DNA of 64,000 nt from an uncultured Chloroflexia bacterium. GTDB taxonomy: Bacteria; Chloroflexota; Limnocylindria; Limnocylindrales; CSP1-4. The notes under the pieces were generated by a model that saw nothing but the letters and a program-made list of their open reading frames with translations, was not told the origin of the DNA and made no database searches. This document shows positions 48,663-58,603 of the stretch, one piece after another; position 1 is the first letter of the stretch, and each line of letters opens with the position of its first letter. Location of the stretch: positions 2,560,001-2,624,000 of the forward strand of contig OY970218.1 in the NCBI GenBank assembly GCA_963713975.1, given 5' to 3'. The position numbers and the translations under genes are program-made.

Positions 48663-50396
48663 GTGACCACGATGACGCGAACGCTCCGCATCGGGACGCG
48701 CGGCAGCGCCCTGGCCCTCGTCCAGGCCAACTGGGTCGCCGCCCGCCTCGCCGAGCTCGACATCCCGACGGACATCGTCATCATCCGGACCGAGGGCGAT
48801 GATCGCCCGGTCGACACGGCCTGGGGCGAGGGCGCCTTCGTCGGCCGGATCGTGGCTGCGCTGCTCGACGGCTCCGTGGACCTGGCCGTTCACTCCGCGA
48901 AGGACGTGCCCACGGACGAACACCCGCTCCTGACGATCGCCGCCTACCCGCCCCGCGAGGACCCGCGTGACGCGCTCGTGTGCCGGGAGCGGGGGACGAC
49001 CCTCGCCACGCTCCCGATCGGCGCCAGGGTCGGCACGGACAGCCCGCGCCGGGTCGCGTTCCTGCGGACCGCACGCCCGGATCTCGAGATGCACCCGCTC
49101 CACGGGAACGTGGACACGCGGCTGGCGAAGCTGGATCGCGGGGACTCCGACGCGCTGGTCCTGGCCGTCGCCGGCCTCACGCGCCTGGGCCGAGCGGACC
49201 GCATCGACGACATCCTCCCGCTCGAGCTCGTGCCGTCCGCGCCCGGGCAGGGCTCCCTCGCGCTCCAGGTGCGGGTCGATGACGCCGAGGCGATCGGGGC
49301 CGTTGGCCGGCTCGACGATCGGCCGACCCGGGTCGCCGTGGAGGCCGAGCGGGCCCTGCTGAACGGGACCGGCGGGGGATGCCGCTCACCGATCGGTGCC
49401 GTGGGCCGAGTGACCGGCAGCACCCTGGACCTCGTGGCCGCCGCCGAACGGGCGTGGCAGCCCGAGCACGAGGCGACGATCGCGTGCGCCCCCGTCGTCC
49501 GGGTTCGCGGCACCGCTGACAGCGAGGACCGGCGCGAGCTCGCGCTCCGTCTCGCCGCGCGCGTCGTCACGCTGCGCGCGCGGCCGCGGGCGCTGGTGGC
49601 ACGCCCGGCCGGTCAGGCCGGGCCGCTGCTCGCCGCGCTCGCCGCTAGCGGCGTGGATGTCGTCCACGTCCCGGCGATCGAGATCCGTCCCACCCCCGCC
49701 GGCGGGGAGCTGGACGAGGCGATCCTCGCGACCGGCCCAGGCGCCGTCGTCGTCGCCACGAGCGTCAACGCGGCGACGGCGATCCTGGGGGCACTGGGGC
49801 GGACCGGCTCGGAGCCCGCGTCTTATCGTTGGGCGGCCGTGGGCGATGCCACCGCCGCCGTCCTCCGCGAGGCAGGGGTCGCGGACGTCTTCGTCCCGAC
49901 GGTGGCCGATGGCGCCACGCTCGCCGCGGAGATGCCGCTCTCCCCTGGCGACCGCGTGCTCCTGCCCCGCGCCGACATCGCGGACCATACCCTGCCGGCG
50001 GCCCTGCGCGGCCGCGGCGCCGGCGTCGGCGAGGTCGTCGCCTATGTGACCGCCGAAGCGCCCGAGGCGTCCCGGCCCATGCTCGCCGCGGCCCTGGACG
50101 ACGGGCATCCCGACGTGCTCGTCCTGACCAGCGGCTCCACCGTGCGCGGGCTCCTGGCCCTCGCCTCGGGCGGCGCGCACGCCTGTCTCCTGGCCACGCC
50201 CGTCGTGGCCGTCGGGGCCCAGACCGCCGCCGCCGCGCGGGAAGCGGGGTTCCGCCAGGTCCTCGTCGCCCCCGCGCCCGACGCCGACTCCCTCGCAGCC
50301 TTCACCGCCGCCGCCCTGGGCGTGCCCGCCGAGTCGTCAGACCCCGAAATCCAACGCGACCTGGATCCCTCACCCGCCCCCGGAGGAGCCCGATGA
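48663..50396 (+). CDS. hemC: Hydroxymethylbilane synthase fused to uroporphyrinogen-III synthase (HemC-HemD)
   Basis: IGTRGSALALVQ, VHSAKDVP, GNVDTRL, GGGCRSPIG; C-terminal ATSVNA, AVGDATA, LTSGSTV. Confidence 0.93.
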   Translation: MTTMTRTLRIGTRGSALALVQANWVAARLAELDIPTDIVIIRTEGDDRPVDTAWGEGAFVGRIVAALLDGSVDLAVHSAKDVPTDEHPLLTIAAYPPREDPRDALVCRERGTTLATLPIGARVGTDSPRRVAFLRTARPDLEMHPLHGNVDTRLAKLDRGDSDALVLAVAGLTRLGRADRIDDILPLELVPSAPGQGSLALQVRVDDAEAIGAVGRLDDRPTRVAVEAERALLNGTGGGCRSPIGAVGRVTGSTLDLVAAAERAWQPEHEATIACAPVVRVRGTADSEDRRELALRLAARVVTLRARPRALVARPAGQAGPLLAALAASGVDVVHVPAIEIRPTPAGGELDEAILATGPGAVVVATSVNAATAILGALGRTGSEPASYRWAAVGDATAAVLREAGVADVFVPTVADGATLAAEMPLSPGDRVLLPRADIADHTLPAALRGRGAGVGEVVAYVTAEAPEASRPMLAAALDDGHPDVLVLTSGSTVRGLLALASGGAHACLLATPVVAVGAQTAAAAREAGFRQVLVAPAPDADSLAAFTAAALGVPAESSDPEIQRDLDPSPAPGGAR

Positions 50397-51439
50397 GCCT
50401 CGCCCTCGACCGCCCGTCATCCGTGACCGAGCCGGGGGGCCCGGGCGCGGTGTCCGTCCCCGACCCCGCGCACCGTCTGCGACGGACCCGCCGGACCGCT
50501 GCCCTGCGCGAGCTGGTGCGCGAGACCCGGATCCACCCACGCCAGCTCGTCGCCCCGATGTTCGTGACCCCGGGGCGCGAGGGCCGCGAGCCCGTCGGCT
50601 CGATGCCGGGCGTGATGCGCGTGACACCGGACGAGGCGGAGAAGGACGCGCGAGCGCTCCAGGCACTGGGCGTGGGTGGCGTGATCCTGTTCGGCCTGCC
50701 GGCCGACAAGGACGCCATCGGCACCGGCGGCTGGGTGGCGGACGGGATCGTCCAGGAGACGCTGCGCCGGTTCCGGGACGCGGACCTGGACCTCGTGCTG
50801 ATCGCCGACACCTGCCTGTGCGAGTACACGGACCACGGGCACTGCGGCCCCGTGCTCGAGGACGGGCGGGTGGACAACGACGCCAGCATCGAGCTGTTTG
50901 CCACGACGGCGGCCTCGCAGGCAGAGGCCGGCGCCGACATCGTGGCGCCCAGCGGCATGATGGACGGTCAGGTCGCCGCGATCCGCCGGGGCCTCGACGC
51001 CACCGGCCACCATGACACCGCGATCCTCGCCTACGCCGCCAAGACCGCATCAGCCTTCTACGGGCCGTTCCGCGACGCGGCGGGCTCTGCCCCGTCCTTC
51101 GGCGACCGCCGGGGCTACCAGATGGACCCGGCCAACGCCCGGGAGGCCATGCGCGAGATCGCCGTGGACATCGCCGAGGGCGCGGACATGCTGCTGGTCA
51201 AGCCGGCGCTGCCGTCGCTGGACATCCTCGCCGCCGCCCGCGCGCGGTACGACGTACCCATCGGTGCCTACCAGGTGAGCGGCGAGTACGCGTCCATCGA
51301 GGCCGCCGCGCAGCGCGGATGGCTGGACCGCCGCCGGGCGCTGACCGAGAGCACGGTCTCCATCCTGCGCGCCGGGGCCGGGTTCGTGATCACCTACGCC
51401 GCCGTGGACCTCGCGGCCTGGGCACGGGAGGGCCGCTGA
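50393..51439 (+). CDS. hemB: Porphobilinogen synthase (Zn type)
   Basis: CLCEYTDHGHC, APSGMMDG, SAFYGPFRDAA, LVKPA, AYQVSGEY. Confidence 0.96.
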   Translation: MSLALDRPSSVTEPGGPGAVSVPDPAHRLRRTRRTAALRELVRETRIHPRQLVAPMFVTPGREGREPVGSMPGVMRVTPDEAEKDARALQALGVGGVILFGLPADKDAIGTGGWVADGIVQETLRRFRDADLDLVLIADTCLCEYTDHGHCGPVLEDGRVDNDASIELFATTAASQAEAGADIVAPSGMMDGQVAAIRRGLDATGHHDTAILAYAAKTASAFYGPFRDAAGSAPSFGDRRGYQMDPANAREAMREIAVDIAEGADMLLVKPALPSLDILAAARARYDVPIGAYQVSGEYASIEAAAQRGWLDRRRALTESTVSILRAGAGFVITYAAVDLAAWAREGR

Positions 51440-52740
51440 TGACCACCGACATCCAGTCCACGCCCGAGGCCGGCCGCCAGGACGACCTGCGAGCGCGAGC
51501 GCTCGGCCTGTTCCCAGGTGGCGTCAACAGTCCCGTGCGCGCCTTCCGGTCCGTGGGCCGACCGCCGCTGGTGCTGGACCGCGGCGAGGGCGCCCGCGTG
51601 CGCGATGCCGATGGCCGCTGGTATCTCGACTACATCGGATCATGGGGTCCGGCGATCCTGGGCCACGCCGCACCGGCCGTCGTCGAGGCGGTCCGAGAGG
51701 CGGCGCTCGACGGCTTCGCCTTGGGCGCGACCGGCCCGCGCGAGGTGGAGCTGGGCGAGCGGGTCCGTGCAGCGATGCCCTCGATGGAGCGGCTGCGCTT
51801 CGTGTCCTCGGGCACCGAGGCGGTGATGAGCGCGATCCGCCTCGCGCGTGGCGCCACCGGCAGGGACCTGATCGTCAAGTTCGCCGGCGGCTACCACGGC
51901 CACGGCGACAGCCTGCTGGTGGACGCCGGATCCGGCCTCGCGACGCTTGCGATGCCCGGTTCCGCCGGCGTGACCGCCGGTGCCGCGTCGGACACGGTGG
52001 TCCTCCCGTACAACGACCCGGAGGCCGTGGCGACGGCATTCCTGACCCATCCCAACCGGATCGCGGCGGTGATCGTCGAGCCGGTGGGAGCCAACGTCGG
52101 TGTGATCGCGCCCGAGCCCGGGTTCCTCGAGGCGTTGCGCGAGCTGACCGAGGCAAACGGCGCGCTGCTGATCTTCGACGAGGTCATCACGGGGTTCCGT
52201 GTCGCACGCGGCGGGGCGCAGGAGCGGTACGGGATCGTGCCGGACCTCACGACGCTGGGCAAGATCGTGGGTGGCGGGATGCCCGTCGGCGCCTACGGCG
52301 GCCGGGCCGACCTGATGGCGAACATCGCTCCCGACGGCCCGGTCTACCAGGCCGGCACGCTGTCGGGGCACCCCCTCGCGATGGCGGCCGGGATCGCCAC
52401 CCTGGACCTGCTCACACCCGCTGTCTACGAGGTGCTGGAGGACACCGGTGCCGCGCTCGAGGCAGGCCTGCGCGAGGCGGCCACGGCGGCTGGACGCGAG
52501 GTCGCCATCGCGCGCGTGGGATCGCTCCTGACGGTGTTCTTCCGGGCCGGCGTGCCGCACAGCGGTGAGGAGGCCATGGCATCCGACCGGGAGGCGTACA
52601 CGCGCTTCTTCGGGACGATGCTCGACGAGGGCGTGCTGCTGGCACCGTCACCGTTCGAGGCCTGGTTCATCTCGGCCGCGCACGGCGCGCCCGAGGTCGA
52701 GGCGACGCTCGAGGCGGCCAGCAAGGCGTTCGCGGCATGA
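51439..52740 (+). CDS. hemL: Glutamate-1-semialdehyde 2,1-aminomutase
   Basis: PGGVNSPVRAF, SGTEAVM, FDEVITGFR, GKIVGGGMPVGA, YQAGTLSG. Confidence 0.96.
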   Translation: MTTDIQSTPEAGRQDDLRARALGLFPGGVNSPVRAFRSVGRPPLVLDRGEGARVRDADGRWYLDYIGSWGPAILGHAAPAVVEAVREAALDGFALGATGPREVELGERVRAAMPSMERLRFVSSGTEAVMSAIRLARGATGRDLIVKFAGGYHGHGDSLLVDAGSGLATLAMPGSAGVTAGAASDTVVLPYNDPEAVATAFLTHPNRIAAVIVEPVGANVGVIAPEPGFLEALRELTEANGALLIFDEVITGFRVARGGAQERYGIVPDLTTLGKIVGGGMPVGAYGGRADLMANIAPDGPVYQAGTLSGHPLAMAAGIATLDLLTPAVYEVLEDTGAALEAGLREAATAAGREVAIARVGSLLTVFFRAGVPHSGEEAMASDREAYTRFFGTMLDEGVLLAPSPFEAWFISAAHGAPEVEATLEAASKAFAA

Positions 52741-53807
52741 GCAGCGCCATGCAGGACGGGATCGCCGATCCTCACGCCACCCGCTCCGACGCGCGGTACC
52801 TGCGCGCGACCCGCGGCCTGCCCGTGGACGTCACCCCGGTCTGGTTCATGCGCCAGGCGGGCCGGGCGCTCCCGGAGTACCGCAAGGTCCGCGAGCGGGC
52901 GACGCTGCTCGAGATCACCCGGGACCCTGCGCTGTGCGCGGAGGTGACGCTCCAGCCCGTCCGGCGCCTGGGCGTGGACGCCGCCATCCTGTTCGCGGAC
53001 ATCACGACCCCGTTCGCCGGCCTCGGCGTCGCCTTCGACATCAAGGAGGGCGTCGGTCCCGTCATCGAGCATCCGGTCCGGACCATGGCCGACGTGCAGG
53101 CCCTGCGCCCCTTCGATCCCGAGGCTGCCGTGGCGCCCCTGCTCGAGGCCATCCGGCTGATCCGGGCGGAGTCCCCCGTGCCGCTCATCGGCTTCGCTGG
53201 TGCCCCGTTCACGCTCGCCTGCTATCTCGTCGAGGGCGGCCCGTCGCGTGACTTCCAGAACACGAAGCGGCTGATGCACGCGGAGCCCGAGACGTGGGCT
53301 GCGCTGCTGGACCGCCTGGTCGATGCGACGATCGCCTACCTGGCGGCCCAGGTGGCCGCGGGCGTGGAGGCCGTCCAGGTGTTCGACTCCTGGGTCGGCG
53401 GGCTCAGCCCGCTGGACTACGAGCGCCGCCTGTGGCCCTGGATGCGACGCCTGTTCGAGGGCATCGCGCCCCTGGGCGTCCCGGCGACGCACTTCGGGGT
53501 CGGTACCGGTGGGATCCTGGGCCTCCAGGCCTCGGCCGGCGGTGACGTGATCGGCCTGGACTGGCGGATCGCGCTGTCCGAGGGCAGGCGCCTGGTCGGT
53601 GACCGGGCCGTCCAGGGCAACCTCGACCCCGTGCTCCTCCGGGGCCCCTGGGAGGGCGTCGAGGAGGCGGCCCGCTGGGTCCTGGACGAGAACGGCGGTC
53701 GGCCCGGCCACGTCTTCAACCTCGGCCACGGGGTCCTCCCCGGCACCGACCCCGACCACCTTGCCCGCCTCGTCGACCTCGTCCATACCTACGGAGCGTC
53801 CCGATGA
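52737..53807 (+). CDS. hemE: Uroporphyrinogen decarboxylase
   Basis: PVWFMRQAGR, AILFADI, GFAGAPFTL, QVFDSW, QGNLDP, FNLGHG. Confidence 0.96.
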   Translation: MSSAMQDGIADPHATRSDARYLRATRGLPVDVTPVWFMRQAGRALPEYRKVRERATLLEITRDPALCAEVTLQPVRRLGVDAAILFADITTPFAGLGVAFDIKEGVGPVIEHPVRTMADVQALRPFDPEAAVAPLLEAIRLIRAESPVPLIGFAGAPFTLACYLVEGGPSRDFQNTKRLMHAEPETWAALLDRLVDATIAYLAAQVAAGVEAVQVFDSWVGGLSPLDYERRLWPWMRRLFEGIAPLGVPATHFGVGTGGILGLQASAGGDVIGLDWRIALSEGRRLVGDRAVQGNLDPVLLRGPWEGVEEAARWVLDENGGRPGHVFNLGHGVLPGTDPDHLARLVDLVHTYGASR

Positions 53808-54727
53808 CCAGCGCCGTCCTCCTCATGGCCTATGGCTCCCCCGACTCGCTCGACCAGGTGGAGGCCTACTACACGGACATCCGCCGCGGGTCGCCGGCCC
53901 CGCCGCACCTGCTCGAGGAGCTCCTGGACCGGTACCGGGCCATCGGCGGTGGGTCGCCGCTGTCGGGGATCGTTGAGGAGCAGCGGGCCGCCGTGGAAGC
54001 GGAGCTCGCGAACCGCGGGCTGCCGGTCCGCGTGTACGCGGGCATGCGCCACATCGCTCCGCGCATCGGCGACATCGTCAAGTGCATGGCCGCGGACGGC
54101 GTCGACGAGCTCGTGGCCATCGCGCTGGCCCCGCAGGCGTCGTCGAATGCCGCGGGCTACCGGCGCGCCGTGGACACCGCGCTCGCGGAGCTGGGCGACG
54201 GGGCGCCGACCGTGGAGTACGTGGCGTCGTGGCATGACCAGCCCCGGTTCATCGAGGCGCTGGCGCAGACCACGCAGGAGGCGCTCGCCCGCTTCGAGAA
54301 TCCGAGCGGCGTCCGCGTCATGTTTACCGCCCACAGCCTGCCCGCCCGGGTGCTCGCGGCCGGCGACCCGTACCCCGAGGAGCTGGCGGCCACGGCGCGG
54401 CTCGTGGCGGAGGCGCTGGACATCGGCGCCTACGAGTTCGCCTTCCAGAGCGCCGGCCGCACCGGGGAACCGTGGCTTGGCCCGGACATCCTCGACGAGA
54501 TCCGCCGGCTGGCCGCCGATGGTGTCCTCGGCCTGGTCATCCGGCCAGTGGGGTTCGTGGCAGACCACCTTGAGGTGCTCTACGACATCGATATCGAGGC
54601 GCAGGGCGTGGCCCGGGAGGTGGGCATCCGCCTGGAGCGCGCACGGTCGATGAACACCGATCCCACCTTCATCGCGGGCCTGGCCGACATCGCGGCCGCC
54701 GCGCTCCGTCCCTCTGCGACCGCCTAG
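53804..54727 (+). CDS. hemH: Ferrochelatase (coproporphyrin type likely)
   Basis: LLMAYGSP, YRAIGGGSPL, FTAHSLP, PWLGPDI, GFVADHLEVLYDID. Confidence 0.95.
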   Translation: MTSAVLLMAYGSPDSLDQVEAYYTDIRRGSPAPPHLLEELLDRYRAIGGGSPLSGIVEEQRAAVEAELANRGLPVRVYAGMRHIAPRIGDIVKCMAADGVDELVAIALAPQASSNAAGYRRAVDTALAELGDGAPTVEYVASWHDQPRFIEALAQTTQEALARFENPSGVRVMFTAHSLPARVLAAGDPYPEELAATARLVAEALDIGAYEFAFQSAGRTGEPWLGPDILDEIRRLAADGVLGLVIRPVGFVADHLEVLYDIDIEAQGVAREVGIRLERARSMNTDPTFIAGLADIAAAALRPSATA

Positions 54728-54746
54728 ACACCTGGAGAGCCGTCCC

Positions 54747-55937
54747 ATGACCACGCAGATCGATCCCGTCCCGGCCGGCCGTCCGTCCGGGCATCCCGGA
54801 GGCCATCCGGGCGGCCACCCCGGCGGCATCACCGGCGTCGGCGCCGTGCGCGCCCAGGGCTATATCTATGACCGGGCCCCGATGCTCGTGTACTGGGAGA
54901 CGACGCTCGCGTGCGGGCTGGCCTGTCGTCACTGTCGCGCGACGGCCCAGGCGGAGCGCAGCCCGCTCGAGCTGACCACCGAGGAGGGCTACCGGCTGCT
55001 GGACGAGGTCATCAGGTTCGGCCGGCCGTACCCGCACGTCGTGTTCACGGGGGGCGATCCGCTCAACCGCCCGGACCTTCACGAGCTGGTCCGCGCGGCC
55101 ACGGAGCGGGGCATCGGGGCCTCGCTGGCGCCGGCCGCCACGCCGCTGCTCACCCAGGAGGTGATGGAGAGCCTGCGCGACGCGGGCATCCAGAACATCT
55201 CGCTCTCGCTCGACGGCTCGGATGCCGCGCGCCACGACGGGTTCCGGATGGTCGAGGGCACGTTCGAGAAGACGCTCCAGGCGGCTCGCTGGGCCCGGGC
55301 CGCCGGCTTGCCGATCCAGGTCAACACGCTGGTCACGAACGAGACGCTCGCTGACCTGCCGGCCGTCTACGAGCTCCTCCTGGGCATGGACATCATGCGC
55401 TGGAGCCTGTTCATGCTGATCACGACCGGGCGCGGCAGCGATCTCAAGGAGATCACGCCGGGCGAGTCCGAGAAGCTCCACGCGTGGCTGTTCGAGCTCG
55501 GCAAGACCGCGCCGTTCCAGGTCAAGACGACCGAGGCCACGCACTACCGGCGCCACGCGATCCGGGAGATGGAAGCGGCCGGCATGGACCTGGAGGCGAT
55601 CCTCAGGACCTCGGTCGGCCGCGGCTTCGGCATCCGGGATGGCAACGGCATCGTGTTCATCAACCACGACGGGACCGTGAACCCGTCGGGCTTCCTGCCG
55701 ATCCCGCTGGGCAATGTGCGCGAGGCGTCCATCGTGGACCTGTACCGGGATCACGAGGTCATGCGCGGGCTCCGCAACCCGGAGGGATTCAAGGGCCGCT
55801 GCGGCATCTGCGAGTTCTCGCGTGTCTGCGGTGGGTCGCGGGCCCGGGCGTACGCCTGGACGGGCGACCCGCTCGAGTCCGATCCGCTCTGCCCGTACGT
55901 CCCGTCGGGCGACGTCCCGCAGTACGGCATGGCGTAG
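54747..55937 (+). CDS. Radical SAM/SPASM protein (NirJ/AhbD-like)
   Basis: YWETTLACGLACRHC, FTGGDPL, SLDG, GRCGICEFSRVCGGSRARAY...DPLC; N-terminal (GHPG)3. Confidence 0.88.
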   Translation: MTTQIDPVPAGRPSGHPGGHPGGHPGGITGVGAVRAQGYIYDRAPMLVYWETTLACGLACRHCRATAQAERSPLELTTEEGYRLLDEVIRFGRPYPHVVFTGGDPLNRPDLHELVRAATERGIGASLAPAATPLLTQEVMESLRDAGIQNISLSLDGSDAARHDGFRMVEGTFEKTLQAARWARAAGLPIQVNTLVTNETLADLPAVYELLLGMDIMRWSLFMLITTGRGSDLKEITPGESEKLHAWLFELGKTAPFQVKTTEATHYRRHAIREMEAAGMDLEAILRTSVGRGFGIRDGNGIVFINHDGTVNPSGFLPIPLGNVREASIVDLYRDHEVMRGLRNPEGFKGRCGICEFSRVCGGSRARAYAWTGDPLESDPLCPYVPSGDVPQYGMA

Positions 55938-55947
55938 GCGTCTTCCA

Positions 55948-57375
55948 GTGAGCGTCCTGGTCGTCGGCGGCGGCATCACGGGTCTCGCAGCCGCACGTGC
56001 CCTCGTGCTCGATGGCGTCCCGGTCACCCTCGTGGATGCGGGTCCTCGCCTGGGCGGGAAGATCGCCACGGAACGCGTGGACGGGCTGCTGCTGGAGCAG
56101 GGCCCGGACTCGTTCCTGGCCACCCGTCCGGCGGCGATCACGCTGGCACGGGACCTTGGCCTGGGCGACGACCTGGTCGGGACGAAGGATCCGCGGGCGG
56201 TCTATATCCGCCACCACGGCGAGCTGGTCCGGATGCCGGAGGGTCTCGGACTCGTCCTGCCCACAAAGGCGATGCCGTTCGCGAGGACCCGACTGTTCAC
56301 GTGGCCGGAGAAGATCCGGATGGCGAGGGACGTCGCGTGGCCACGCACGCTCGGGAGCGACGACATCGCCGTGGGCACGTTCCTGCGACGGCGCCTCGGG
56401 TCCCCGTTGGTGGACCGCCTCGCCGGGCCCCTGGTGGGCGGTGTCTACGGGACCCCGATCGACGAGCTGTCGCTCGATGCCGTCGTGCCCCAGCTACGGG
56501 TCGCGGAGCGCGAGCACCGGAGCCTGCTGTTCGCCGGTCTGGCGGAAGGACGCGCGATGCGGGCCGCCGTGGCCAAGCGGCCCCCCGGATCGAAGAGCCT
56601 CGGCGTCTTCGTGTCGCTGCGGAGCGGGATGGACACGCTCACCGATGCCCTTGCCGCATCGCTGGCCGATGCCGGCGCGGACCTCAGGACCGGTTGCTCC
56701 GTGCGCTCGTTGAGCCGCGCCGGGACGGGCGTGGCGGCGCGGTTCGCAGACGGCTCACTGGCCCGGTTCGACGGCGTCATCCTGGCCACGCCCGCGCCCG
56801 TGTCGGCACACCTGCTGGAGGGGGAGGTGCCCGGCGCGGCGAGCGCCCTGGGCGGGATCCCGCACGGGACCAGCATCCTCGTCACGCTGGCGTATGACCG
56901 GCAGTACGTGGACCGCGAGCTCGTGGGTCACGGCTATCTCGTCCCGACGTCGCACGGGGGCGCCATCTCTGCCTGCACCTGGTCGTCCGAGAAGTGGCCG
57001 GATCGCGCGCCGGACGATCGCCTCCTGCTCCGGATGTTCGTCCGCGACGAGGGCGCCTGGACCTCGATGCCGGAGCCGGAGCTCGTGGCGGCCGCGCGTG
57101 CGGAGGCCGAGGCCACGCTGCGTATCGCGGGCGAGCCGCTCCTGGCCCGTGTCTCGCGCTGGGACGGTGCCATGCCCCGCTACACGGTGGGTCACCTGGG
57201 ACGGGTAGCGGCGATCGAGGAAGCGGTCTCGGCCTGGCCTGCGGTCACGGTTGCCGGTGCCTCGTACCGGGGCGTGGGCCTGCCGGACTGCGTGACGCAG
57301 GGGCTGGCCGCCGCGGCCCGGATGGGGGAGTGGCTGGGCACTCACAGCGTCGAGGACGAGGCGCTGGCAAGCTAG
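55948..57375 (+). CDS. hemY: Proto/coproporphyrinogen oxidase, HemY type
   Basis: VVGGGITGL, RLGGKI, EQGPDSFL, SSEKWP, MPRYTVGH, GVGLPDCV. Confidence 0.93.
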   Translation: MSVLVVGGGITGLAAARALVLDGVPVTLVDAGPRLGGKIATERVDGLLLEQGPDSFLATRPAAITLARDLGLGDDLVGTKDPRAVYIRHHGELVRMPEGLGLVLPTKAMPFARTRLFTWPEKIRMARDVAWPRTLGSDDIAVGTFLRRRLGSPLVDRLAGPLVGGVYGTPIDELSLDAVVPQLRVAEREHRSLLFAGLAEGRAMRAAVAKRPPGSKSLGVFVSLRSGMDTLTDALAASLADAGADLRTGCSVRSLSRAGTGVAARFADGSLARFDGVILATPAPVSAHLLEGEVPGAASALGGIPHGTSILVTLAYDRQYVDRELVGHGYLVPTSHGGAISACTWSSEKWPDRAPDDRLLLRMFVRDEGAWTSMPEPELVAAARAEAEATLRIAGEPLLARVSRWDGAMPRYTVGHLGRVAAIEEAVSAWPAVTVAGASYRGVGLPDCVTQGLAAAARMGEWLGTHSVEDEALAS

Positions 57376-57420
57376 CCCTCAGTTGGCTCGCTCGGGGCAT
57401 TGGACCCGATCCGTCAGACC

Positions 57421-58128
57421 TCAGGATGGGCCCTTCGGCGACAGGTAGTCCGGCCCCGGGGCGTGGATATCGCGGTCGTCCAGTGTCCAGTCGATATCGG
57501 TCTCCGCACTCACGATGCCGGGCAGCATCTCGACCATGCGTCCGACCATCGCTGCGGTCGATCGCCGTTCGACCTTGCCGCTGATCCTGGCCATGCCGTT
57601 CGTGACCTCCACCGAGAATGCGTTCGGATCCAGCCACAGGGACCGCCGCAGGACCTCGTCGCGAATAGCCTCGGCCAGCGCCTCGTCCGTCTGGACGAAG
57701 GAGCGGATCACGTCGGCCCGGGTGATGATCCCGACCAGCTTGCCCTGCTCCGCGACGGGCAGCCGGTTGACCGTGCGCTCGATCATCTGAGCTGCCGCAG
57801 CTCCGACCAGGGCGTCTGGCTCGATCGTGATCGGCGGCGAGGTCATCGCGTCACCGGCGATGCTGGCCTCGGCCTTGGCGATCAGTCGCCGGGTCGCGGC
57901 CGACTCCCCGAACAGGCGGGCCAGCGGCCGATGGCGGATGGCACCGGGCTCCTGCTCCTTGACCAGCAGGTCGCCCTCGGAGATGACGCCCACCACCTTC
58001 CCCGCGGCGTCGACGACCGGCAGCCCACTGATCCGGTGCTCGATGAGCAGTTGCGCAACCTCCTTGAGCGGCGTGTCCGGGCGGACCGAGAGCACGGACC
58101 TGGTCATCACGTCGCGCACGGTCGTCAT
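57421..58128 (-). CDS. CBS-pair plus BON domain protein
   Basis: VRDVMT, ISGLPVVD..VVGVISEGDL, VNRLPV..LVGIITRADV, VEVTNGMARISG. Confidence 0.9.
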   Translation of the reverse strand: MTTVRDVMTRSVLSVRPDTPLKEVAQLLIEHRISGLPVVDAAGKVVGVISEGDLLVKEQEPGAIRHRPLARLFGESAATRRLIAKAEASIAGDAMTSPPITIEPDALVGAAAAQMIERTVNRLPVAEQGKLVGIITRADVIRSFVQTDEALAEAIRDEVLRRSLWLDPNAFSVEVTNGMARISGKVERRSTAAMVGRMVEMLPGIVSAETDIDWTLDDRDIHAPGPDYLSPKGPS

Positions 58129-58469
58129 CGAAGGTCATCCTCCTGGACACGTCTCGCGGGTTGGCGCGAGGACGGCATCTGCAGATCGTAGCGCCAGCAT
58201 TCGGGGCAAGGAAGTGATCTCGGGCACCGACTACCCTGCCCTTCCGAGCCGTCGTGCCACGGGTGCCGACACCCTTCGACTCGACCGTCGGCGGGCCTGG
58301 CCGAGCCCGACGTCATGGGTGACCCGGCGGCTGTCGCGCGCTGAGTTCCGGCGGCCGTGCCGCGCTCACCCGGCGGCTGTGCCCTCGCCTGAACCCTCCC
58401 GCGATCACCCAGGGTGATCATCACCGCCGTGATCGGCCAATTCGTGCGCTGCACCACCACTTGTCGCAC
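58125..58469 (-). CDS. Possible small hypothetical protein
   Basis: Strong GGAGGTGA SD before GTG, but the product has no recognisable motif and its C-terminal half looks non-coding. Confidence 0.25.
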   Translation of the reverse strand: MRQVVVQRTNWPITAVMITLGDRGRVQARAQPPGERGTAAGTQRATAAGSPMTSGSARPADGRVEGCRHPWHDGSEGQGSRCPRSLPCPECWRYDLQMPSSRQPARRVQEDDLR

Positions 58470-58603
58470 CGAATATCACCTCCGGTAGTGAACGCCTCCA
58501 CAAGCGGCGGTTCGCGGCGGTTTCTGGCAGCGCATAGCACTCCTGGTGATCAGGAGATGAGGAGTCCGACGTGAGCCTCGATGAGTCCTGCACCGGGCTC
58601 GGA

